This document shows positions 56,703-64,000 of a stretch of DNA of 64,000 nucleotides, in pieces. The stretch is from an uncultured Candidatus Entotheonella sp. (lineage in GTDB: Bacteria > Tectomicrobia > Entotheonellia > Entotheonellales > Entotheonellaceae). Position numbers and translations under genes: made by a program. The first letter of the stretch is position 1. Every line of letters starts with the position of its first letter. The notes under the pieces were generated by a model. The model searched no databases, was not told where the DNA came from, and saw only the letters and a list, made by a program, of their open reading frames with translations. The stretch covers positions 1,088,001 through 1,152,000 of the forward strand of contig CBDCDA010000001.1 of the NCBI GenBank assembly GCA_965215335.1, given 5' to 3'.

Positions 56703-57536
56703 ATGTTCACCGCGAAGCCAAGGATGCCCTGCGTTTGGCTGTGCCTGGTGCCACTTCTGTTCTTCGCGCGGTTGGCGGTCGCGCACGACTACTGGATCGA
56801 GCCCTCGAATTTTCGGTTCGAGCCGGGGGGCAGGGTGTTGCTCTACCTTCGGGTAGGCGAGTCTTTCAACGGCAAGCCGGCGACGCCTGCGATCACGCAG
56901 ATAAAGCGCTTTCATATCGACAGTGCTACCCGTCAGTTCCAGGTGCTGCCGTTGCGGCGTGATCCGGCCGGCATGGCCCGGCTGATGGAGAGCGGCTTGC
57001 AGGTGGTGAGTTTCGAGAACACGCCCAGTTATCTCGAACTCCCGGCCGAGCGGTTCAACAGCTACCTGCAAGCCGAAGGACTCGAGACGGTATTGCAGGC
57101 CCGTCGGGAAGCCGGGTCGAGTGATCAGCCCGGCAAGGAGGCTTACTCGCGCTGTGCCAAGTCGCTCTTGTGGGTTGACGGCGACAGCCCAGCCGAAGAC
57201 GGTTCGAACCACCCCGACAAGCCGGTCGGCCTGACCCTGGAACTCCTTTCCGAAACGAATCCGTATCGTCTGCGAGCACCGGCGCCGCTGACGGTGCAAC
57301 TGCTGTATGAGGGCCAGCCGGTGACCGGCGCGCTGGTGATGGCGCTGAACAAGAGCGCGCCGAACGAGGTGCAGCGCGCCCAAAGCGGCTCGGATGGACG
57401 CGCCGAGTTCAACCTGCGCCGCAGTGGCCCGTGGCTGGTGAAGGCGGTGCACATGGTTCCCGCTGCGGCGCCGGCCCCGGAGGATTGGCGCAGCTATTGG
57501 GCGTCTCTGACCTTCGAGCTGCCGGCAGGGCCATGA
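56703..57536 (+). CDS. DUF4198-like periplasmic metal-uptake protein
   Basis: AVA-HDYWIEP N-terminal His, YSRCAKSL, LELL..NPY, GPWLVKAVHM, SYWASLTF. Confidence 0.82.
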   Translation: MFTAKPRMPCVWLCLVPLLFFARLAVAHDYWIEPSNFRFEPGGRVLLYLRVGESFNGKPATPAITQIKRFHIDSATRQFQVLPLRRDPAGMARLMESGLQVVSFENTPSYLELPAERFNSYLQAEGLETVLQARREAGSSDQPGKEAYSRCAKSLLWVDGDSPAEDGSNHPDKPVGLTLELLSETNPYRLRAPAPLTVQLLYEGQPVTGALVMALNKSAPNEVQRAQSGSDGRAEFNLRRSGPWLVKAVHMVPAAAPAPEDWRSYWASLTFELPAGP

Positions 57537-57582
57537 GCGACAATCAGCCCCATAACACTCTTAAACCATTGGACCTTCAGCT

Positions 57583-59325
57583 GTGATCATCAGGTCATGG
57601 CCAGCAACCTGCCTGTTGTGTCTGATGCTGAGCCTGCTGACGCTGGCGCGGACCGCGCCAGCCCACTTGACGACGTACACGGGCGCCGAACACAGCTCCA
57701 CGGTGGCTGAGATATGGATTGACGTGGAGCGCATCACGCTGCGGTTGGAGATCGGCGATCTGGATCAAGAGGCGTTTGCCGCTCTGCTCAACAACGCCCC
57801 TGGACAAGACGAGATTCACCCGGGTCTGCTGTTGACCGGCGATGACGGCGCACCGCTGGCAGGGGAGGTGAGGGTTGTCGAGCGGCGGCGACGTACGGAC
57901 CGCTCCACAGCGTCCCCGGCGACAGCGATCCGGATACCGGGCGGCCCTGAGGTGACCTACGTCGAGGTGACCTATGACCTGGCAACCCATCCCGAGACGT
58001 TGACGCTGACGCCGCCGCGGCGGCTCGGGAGTGGCGAGGCGGCGGCCGAAATCGGCTTCATCGTGTATCACGAGACCATTCCGGTCATTGATTTTCAATA
58101 CCTGAGGCACCCGGAAACCTTGCGACTGGACTGGCGCGACCCCTGGTATTCGTCCTTTGAAAATGCTGCTCTGAAACGACATCACAGCGCGCCGCTCATG
58201 ACCTTTCTCTACGTCGAGCCGTACGAAGTCCGGTTTGAAATTCTCATCCGGCTCAAAGCGCTGGCGTCGTGGATGGCGCTGAAGGTGCCGCCTCGGGAGC
58301 CGATCGATACAGATACGCAGGCACGACTGCGCGAGCAGATCGGGCGGTTTCTTTCGCAGCAAAGCCAGGTGCGGATCGATGGCGTCAAGTCCCGCCCGCT
58401 ACTCGACCGCGTTGAGTTCGTCAGGGTCACGCCGCAGGGCATTCAGCCGCTGGACGCGGCTGAACGGCTGACGTTTCACACCGCACTGGTGGGCGTCATT
58501 CTTGCCTTCATCACCCCCGGGCCACCGCAAGAGGTGACGGTGGACTGGACGCATTTCGACAACGAGATCACCTCGGTCCCGTCCATGGTCATCGACCCCG
58601 TCAGCCAATTGCCCTATGACGTGACGCCGGCGCAGCCGACGCTGCGCTGGACCAACATGCTCGACGATTACAACTACCAGGTTGCGACCATCGATGCGAT
58701 GGTCGCACAGGTCGCCAATCCACTCGACATCCCCTTGTTGAGTATCCTGCTTTGCCTCGCGGCCGCACTACTCGCTGGTTTTGGCGGTCACCTGGGGCTC
58801 AAAAGCGCCTCCTGCCGGATCCCCGCGATTGCCTTGATTTTCGTCGTCGCCGTAGGGGTGCGGTCGTTTGGACGGATTGCGGTCGGCAACCCGTTTGCGG
58901 CGCCCTACCGATTGCCCGAAATCGAGTCGCTGCTGATCCTCCAAGGACTCTTGCAGAATACCTATCGCGCCTTTGATTTTCGTGCCGAGGAAGACGTGTA
59001 TGACAAGCTGGCGGTCAGCGCCGCGGGCGATCTGATCACCGATATCTATCTGCAAAGCCGCAAGCGCCTGGTCATGGAAGAGCAGGGCGGGGCGCGGGCC
59101 AGGGTGCAGGACGTGCAACTCCTGGATGCCGTTCAGATCGGCCCCCCAGGCAAGCGCCAGCGCCTGACGTTCCAATGCGTCTGGCGTATCACGGGCACGG
59201 TGAACCACTGGGGGCATACCCACCAGCGCCGCAATCAGTACGACGCCATGATCACCATTCGGCCCATCGAGCAGACCTGGAAAATCGTTGCCCTGGACAT
59301 CCGCGAAGAACGGCGCCTGCCATGA
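57583..59325 (+). CDS. Hypothetical exported/membrane protein with His motif
   Basis: Signal APA-H, two TM helices, YRAFDFRAEEDVYDKLA, GTVNHWGHTHQRRNQY. Confidence 0.75.
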   Translation: MIIRSWPATCLLCLMLSLLTLARTAPAHLTTYTGAEHSSTVAEIWIDVERITLRLEIGDLDQEAFAALLNNAPGQDEIHPGLLLTGDDGAPLAGEVRVVERRRRTDRSTASPATAIRIPGGPEVTYVEVTYDLATHPETLTLTPPRRLGSGEAAAEIGFIVYHETIPVIDFQYLRHPETLRLDWRDPWYSSFENAALKRHHSAPLMTFLYVEPYEVRFEILIRLKALASWMALKVPPREPIDTDTQARLREQIGRFLSQQSQVRIDGVKSRPLLDRVEFVRVTPQGIQPLDAAERLTFHTALVGVILAFITPGPPQEVTVDWTHFDNEITSVPSMVIDPVSQLPYDVTPAQPTLRWTNMLDDYNYQVATIDAMVAQVANPLDIPLLSILLCLAAALLAGFGGHLGLKSASCRIPAIALIFVVAVGVRSFGRIAVGNPFAAPYRLPEIESLLILQGLLQNTYRAFDFRAEEDVYDKLAVSAAGDLITDIYLQSRKRLVMEEQGGARARVQDVQLLDAVQIGPPGKRQRLTFQCVWRITGTVNHWGHTHQRRNQYDAMITIRPIEQTWKIVALDIREERRLP

Positions 59326-60011
59326 CGGACTCGCAGCCTCCCATCATTGCCATCGAGCGGTTGGCGTTTCAGTACGCCGAGGGCGATTTCCACCTTCACA
59401 TTCCCGAGCTCCAGATCGCCGCCGGTACGAAAGCGGCCCTTATCGGTCCCAGTGGGTCGGGCAAGACGACCCTCATCAATTTGCTGGCCGGCATCGTGCC
59501 GGCTGGCAGCGGCCAGATCAGGGTGCACGGCGCGTCGCTGGATCGGTTCGACGACGCCGAGCGGCGGCGGTTTCGCATCGCCAATATCGGCTTTGTGTTT
59601 CAGGACTTTGCGCTGCTGGACTACCTGACGATCCTCGACAACATCCTGCATCCCTACCGGATCAATCGCGCCCTCGACCTGACGCCGCGGGCGCGCGAAC
59701 ATGCCGTCCACCTGGCCGCCGCCATGGGCATCGCGGACAAGCTCAAGCGGCACGTCCGCCACTTGTCCCAGGGCGAAAAGCAGCGCGCCGCCATCTGCCG
59801 GGCACTGGTGACGCGCCCGCCTCTGCTCCTCGCCGACGAGCCCACCGGCAATCTGGACCCGGCCAACAAGTCGCATATCCTGCAGCACCTCTTTCGATAC
59901 GTCGAGGAGTCCGGCGCGACGCTGGTCGCGGTCACACACGACCACGGACTGCTCGGCGGCTTCGACCGGGTCGTCGATTTTCAAGCGTTCGAGCGCCCGC
60001 AGCGAGCCTGA
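59322..60011 (+). CDS. ABC ATP-binding protein (LolD/MacB-type)
   Basis: GPSGSGKTT, IGFVFQDF, LSQGEKQR, LADEPTGNLD, VTHD. Confidence 0.88.
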   Translation: MTDSQPPIIAIERLAFQYAEGDFHLHIPELQIAAGTKAALIGPSGSGKTTLINLLAGIVPAGSGQIRVHGASLDRFDDAERRRFRIANIGFVFQDFALLDYLTILDNILHPYRINRALDLTPRAREHAVHLAAAMGIADKLKRHVRHLSQGEKQRAAICRALVTRPPLLLADEPTGNLDPANKSHILQHLFRYVEESGATLVAVTHDHGLLGGFDRVVDFQAFERPQRA

Positions 60012-60013
60012 TC

Positions 60014-61189
60014 ATGAACAGTCTGTACGTGGCATGGCAGTACCTGCGGTTCCACAAGGTCAAAACCGTCGTCCTCATTGCCGCGCTCACCCTGATTACC
60101 TGTCTGCCGCTCGCCGTGCACCTTCTCGTACGCGCCAGCGAGGTCCAGATGCTCGAACGCTCCCGGGCCACGCCGCTGATCCTGGGGCAGAAGGGCAGCG
60201 CCCTCGACCTGGTGATGAGCACGCTTTACTTCGCCTCAAAGCCGCCCGAGACCATCACCGGGCGCGAAGCCGACCGCATCGACGAGACCGGCTTCGCCGT
60301 CGCCATTCCCGTTTACAACCGGTACACGGCGCGCGGCTTTCCGATTGTCGGCACCACGCTGGATTACATGAGCTTCCGCCGTCTCGAGGTCGCTTCCGGG
60401 CGCATGCTGGCCGTCCTGGGCGAGTGTGTCCTGGGCGCGACGGTGGCGGGGCAACTCGGCCTCGGCCCCGGTGACGGGCTCATTTCCACCCCGGAAAACC
60501 CGTTTGACCTGGCTGGCGTGTATCCGCTCAAAATGCAGGTGGCAGGGGTGCTCAAAGCCCGCCATACGCCGGACGACCGGGCGGTGTTCGTGGACATCAA
60601 AACCGCCTGGGTCATCGAAGGACTCGGGCATGGACATGAGGACGTGGCGACCACCCGCGATCCCCAGGTCGTGCTGACGGAGCAGGACGGCAAGCTCGTC
60701 GCCAGCGCCAAGATCGTGCAGCACACCGAAATCACCCCGGACAATATCGATTCGTTTCACTTTCACGGCGACACGAGCCAGTTCCCGCTCACCTCGGTCA
60801 TTGCGGTGCCGCACGACGACAAATCGGCCACGCTGCTCATGGGGCGCTATCTTCCCGAAACCAGCCCGCTTCAGTTGCTCGAGCCCCTCGGCGTGGTGCA
60901 GGCGCTGTTGCAGAACGTCTTCAAGATTCAGCGGGTGCTCAACATCATTTTCGCCGTCGTCAGCGTTGCCATGCTCCTGACGATCGTCCTGATCATCGCG
61001 CTGTCCCTGCGTCTGCGTCAGGCCGAAATCGAAACCATGTACAAACTCGGCTGCAGCCGCCTCAAAATGGCCGAACTGGTAGCCACGGAACTCGGTGTGA
61101 TCGTGGTGGCGAGCCTGGTGTTGACGGCGGGATTGACCGGTCTGGCGCTGCGCTGGCAGACGGCGCTGATGCAGCAATTTCTGTCGTGA
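60014..61189 (+). CDS. FtsX/MacB-type ABC permease
   Basis: N-terminal TM, large periplasmic domain (LILGQKGS, PIVGT, GHGH, FHFHG), C-terminal TMs with R..EI..M..LG. Confidence 0.82.
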   Translation: MNSLYVAWQYLRFHKVKTVVLIAALTLITCLPLAVHLLVRASEVQMLERSRATPLILGQKGSALDLVMSTLYFASKPPETITGREADRIDETGFAVAIPVYNRYTARGFPIVGTTLDYMSFRRLEVASGRMLAVLGECVLGATVAGQLGLGPGDGLISTPENPFDLAGVYPLKMQVAGVLKARHTPDDRAVFVDIKTAWVIEGLGHGHEDVATTRDPQVVLTEQDGKLVASAKIVQHTEITPDNIDSFHFHGDTSQFPLTSVIAVPHDDKSATLLMGRYLPETSPLQLLEPLGVVQALLQNVFKIQRVLNIIFAVVSVAMLLTIVLIIALSLRLRQAEIETMYKLGCSRLKMAELVATELGVIVVASLVLTAGLTGLALRWQTALMQQFLS

Positions 61190-61296
61190 CCTCACACGTC
61201 CGGCGGCGATTCCGACTTGTGGGGCCACACGAACACTGGCGCAATTGAAAAGTCTTGACGGCTTTGCACAAGACGTCGCTGCCCGGCAGGATTTTC

Positions 61297-62697
61297 ATGC
61301 AAGGTGACTTTCTGCACAAACATTCGTCGCCAGCGCTCCGACGCTCAGGACAGACGCCGCGAGGGCGGGTCTTGCGGCAGCGTCTGAGGCGGGACCGGCG
61401 GCGCTCGCTGCCGGATCAATGGGTGGCGCTGCGTGAGCGGTATGGCGATGTCGTGCGGTTATCGCGTTTTCCGGCGCCGACGTATCTGGTGAGTCATCCG
61501 GAAGGCGTCCGGCGTGTTCTGCGCGACAACGCCAACAACTATCGCAAGGGTGCGTTTTTCAGGTCCATCGCGCTGCTGCAGGGGCAGGGGCTGCTGACCA
61601 GCGAGGGGGCAGACTGGCAGGCGCAGCGACGGGTGGCGCAGCCGTCTTTTCGGCAGGCCGACCAGGCGTCGGCATACGGTGCCATCCAGACGGCGGAGGC
61701 ACGGGACATGGCCGCCGGCTGGCGGGACGTCGCTCGCTCAGAGCGGCCCGTTAACGTGGCGGCCTGGATGCACCGTCTGGCGTTCCGGATCGCCGGGCGG
61801 ACCCTGCTGGGGATCCAACCCGGCGATCTTGACGCCCTCGGCCGGCAATTGCAGGGGGTAGGGCAACAGCTACGGCCCCTCCTTTCGTCCGCCGGGGCGG
61901 GGGTCCGGGCGTTTCCCGGGTGGCTCCCAACGCCACGGCGTCGTCGGTTTCGGCGGGCCATTGCCGACTATAACGTCCTTGTGCAACGGCTGATCGATGA
62001 GCGTCGCGGGGCAGGACAGGGCGACTGTCGCGGGAACATGAATTTGCTGGACATGCTCATGGCGGCCGCAGCGGACGGCAGGACCAGAGACCAACGGTTG
62101 CGCGATCAGGTCATGACGTTTATCGGGGCCGGCGTGGAGACAGCCGCGCAGGCGTTGAGCTGGGCCTGGTACCTGTTGGCGTGCCATGCCGAGGTGTCGG
62201 ACCGCTTGAAGGCCGAGTTGAACAACGTGCTGGGTGGCTCGCCGCCGGAACCGGCCGACCTGCCGCGGCTCTCGTATACCCGCATGGTACTCGACGAGGT
62301 GTTGCGGCTTTATCCGCCGGCGGCGGTGATTCCGCGGCAGGCCGAGGCTGCGGACGACATCGGCGGTTTCGAGATCAGAAAGAACGCGAGGGTACTGCTC
62401 AGCCCCTACGTCACGCATCGGCATAGCGCTTTCTGGCCCGAACCGGCGGCGTTCAGGCCGGAACGCTTTGCGCCGGGTCGGGAGGCCGTCCGACATCGTT
62501 TCGCCTATCTGCCCTTTGGCGCCGGGCCCCGTGTGTGCATTGGCCAGCACTTCGCGCTCATGGAGATGCAGCTGGCGCTCGCCACTCTTGCCCAGCGTTA
62601 CACCTTGCGCCTGGTCGGTCACGCCGTGGTTCCACAGATGACGACGACGCTGGGTCCGCGCGGTGGATTGTGGATGACCGTGCATGAACGCGAGTGA
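61297..62697 (+). CDS. Cytochrome P450
   Basis: AGVETA I-helix, EVLRLYPP (ExxR), FRPERF, FGAGPRVCIG heme motif. Confidence 0.93.
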   Translation: MQGDFLHKHSSPALRRSGQTPRGRVLRQRLRRDRRRSLPDQWVALRERYGDVVRLSRFPAPTYLVSHPEGVRRVLRDNANNYRKGAFFRSIALLQGQGLLTSEGADWQAQRRVAQPSFRQADQASAYGAIQTAEARDMAAGWRDVARSERPVNVAAWMHRLAFRIAGRTLLGIQPGDLDALGRQLQGVGQQLRPLLSSAGAGVRAFPGWLPTPRRRRFRRAIADYNVLVQRLIDERRGAGQGDCRGNMNLLDMLMAAAADGRTRDQRLRDQVMTFIGAGVETAAQALSWAWYLLACHAEVSDRLKAELNNVLGGSPPEPADLPRLSYTRMVLDEVLRLYPPAAVIPRQAEAADDIGGFEIRKNARVLLSPYVTHRHSAFWPEPAAFRPERFAPGREAVRHRFAYLPFGAGPRVCIGQHFALMEMQLALATLAQRYTLRLVGHAVVPQMTTTLGPRGGLWMTVHERE

Positions 62698-62723
62698 GTT
62701 CTCGACAACGACCGTTCAGCAGA

Positions 62724-62746
62724 CTCCCGCGCGCGGCGGGGGCTTT
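62724..62746 (+). terminator. Possible intrinsic terminator after the P450
   Basis: ctcccgc..gcggggg stem followed by a short ttt. Confidence 0.3.
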
Positions 62747-62890
62747 GCAGGGTGCCGGTTATCATGTATTCTAGGCACTGCCTGAAGGACAGGAAGGGCG
62801 TGAGGAATCCGTGGCGACCGTGCGTGTGATGTATTGGAAAGAAGTATCGCCGACCACTGGATTGAACAGGGACTTGTGGAGAGACTGGAT

Positions 62891-63799
62891 ATGCCAGAAA
62901 CCGGCACCCCGCCGTTGACCATCCCGGAGCGCCTGGCACAGGGTGGCTTTCTCATTTCGGACGGCGCCACCGGAACCTACCTGCAGCAGCACGGGCTGGA
63001 GCCGGGCGGCTGCCCGGAGGCGTTCAACGCCACGCACCCGGAGGTCGTCAAGGGCATGGCGAAGGCGTACTTCGACGCCGGCTCCGATATGGTGCTGACC
63101 AATTCTTTCGGCGGCAGCCGGTTCATGCAGAAGAAGTACGGTTTCGGGGATCGCGTCCGCGAGTTTGATCGCCTGGCGGCCGAACATGCGCGCAGCCAGG
63201 CCCCGCCGGGTCGTTACGTGATCGGTTCCGTAGGACCGACCGGCGAGTTTCTGGAGCCGCTGGGTGAGGTCAGCGACGGAGCCATGTACGATGCCTTCGT
63301 CGAGCAGATCGCCGCGCTGGACGAAGGCGGGGCGGACGGCGTGGTCATCGAGACCATGACCGCCCTTGAAGAATCAGCGTTGGCCATCAAGGCGGCTCGC
63401 GAGCATACCCGGCTCACCGTGATCGCCACCATGACGTTCGACAAAGGACCGCGCGGCTTTTTCACCATGATGGGGGTATCGCCGGAGCGCGCGGTCAAGG
63501 AGCTGGAAGGTGCTGGCGCCGACATCGTAGGGGCCAACTGCGGCAACGGCATCGACGTGATGGTCGAACTGGCGCGTGAGTTGCGGGCGGCCACCGACGG
63601 CTACCTGCTCATCCATTCCAACGCCGGCATCCCGGCCATCAAGGGCGGCCAGATCGTCTATCCCGAAACCCCGGAATACATGGCCGAGCGCTTCGAAACG
63701 CTGGTGCACGACGTGGGCGTCAACATCGTGGGCGGCTGCTGCGGCACGGCGCCCGGTCATATCCGCGCGCTCGTTGACACGCTCAGAAGGAAGACATGA
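62891..63799 (+). CDS. Stand-alone homocysteine S-methyltransferase domain (split MetH module)
   Basis: DGATGT, TNSFG, GSVGPTG, IETM, GANCG, NAGIP, GGCCGT. Confidence 0.9.
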   Translation: MPETGTPPLTIPERLAQGGFLISDGATGTYLQQHGLEPGGCPEAFNATHPEVVKGMAKAYFDAGSDMVLTNSFGGSRFMQKKYGFGDRVREFDRLAAEHARSQAPPGRYVIGSVGPTGEFLEPLGEVSDGAMYDAFVEQIAALDEGGADGVVIETMTALEESALAIKAAREHTRLTVIATMTFDKGPRGFFTMMGVSPERAVKELEGAGADIVGANCGNGIDVMVELARELRAATDGYLLIHSNAGIPAIKGGQIVYPETPEYMAERFETLVHDVGVNIVGGCCGTAPGHIRALVDTLRRKT

Positions 63800-64000
63800 T
63801 GGCTGAGGTCAGGGCTGCGTCCAAACCGCGCGTCGCCGACGTCCTGGGACAATACGGCAAGTGCCTGGAGCTCGTCCCGATGGACCCGAATTTCGGGGAC
63901 ATCAGCGTCGGCTTGTACGTCAAGGATGGCGTCTTCACCATCTGGACCTTCAGCCACAAACCCGGCGTAGAGGCGCGCATCGAGAAAATCCGCGATCAGT
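63796..64000 (+). CDS. Hypothetical protein, 5' part (runs off window)
   Basis: ATG overlapping upstream stop, RBS aggaag, open to end: YGKCLELVPMDPNFGDISVGLY. Confidence 0.65.
   Translation, partial: MMAEVRAASKPRVADVLGQYGKCLELVPMDPNFGDISVGLYVKDGVFTIWTFSHKPGVEARIEKIRDQ

Noticed and set aside
62750..62890. Possible cobalamin or SAM riboswitch before the homocysteine methyltransferase (ggcactg..ggaaggg)
   Set aside because: Only a fragmentary resemblance; the upstream conserved core of the B12 element is missing. An Rfam cmscan would settle it
1..64000. CRISPR array, tRNA, rRNA, prophage or integrase
   Set aside because: No regularly spaced repeats, cloverleaf-like or rRNA-like sequence, or phage/integrase motifs seen by eye

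Overview
High-GC bacterial window from a diderm organism (TonB-dependent receptor, porin, lipoproteins). The gene set is compatible with a Tectomicrobia/Entotheonella-like or deltaproteobacteria-like genome, but that is only an impression. About 3-37 kb is a large iron-homeostasis island held together by six Fur-type boxes. It contains a heme receptor with hmuTUV and an IsdG-type monooxygenase; a two-gene unit encoding an unknown protein and a 39-aa CC-x9-C-x2-C mini-protein; an atypical bacterioferritin; and an imelysin / 2x di-heme oxidoreductase / imelysin / DUF1513 operon. It also contains an ApbE / porin / FMN-binding / His-rich membrane protein operon (candidate flavinylation-based ferric reduction chain); yejBEF-A plus hugZ, interrupted by an orphan DNA methyltransferase; an XRE regulator; fbpABC; an intact ISAs1 element; and a Fur protein fused to a complete ferritin-like di-iron domain. 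The left edge holds a decayed type I R-M locus with a PIN toxin-antitoxin pair. The right half is mostly metabolic: menFDHC, tam, a PPOX protein, a CoA-transferase, a WecA-like transferase, an ABC-2 exporter, ADH, amidase, a metal-binding/MacB-type ABC cluster, a P450 and a homocysteine methyltransferase module. Several short-homopolymer indels may be real decay or assembly errors. No rRNA, tRNA or CRISPR array was seen. All calls come from motif recognition by eye; no database search was run.
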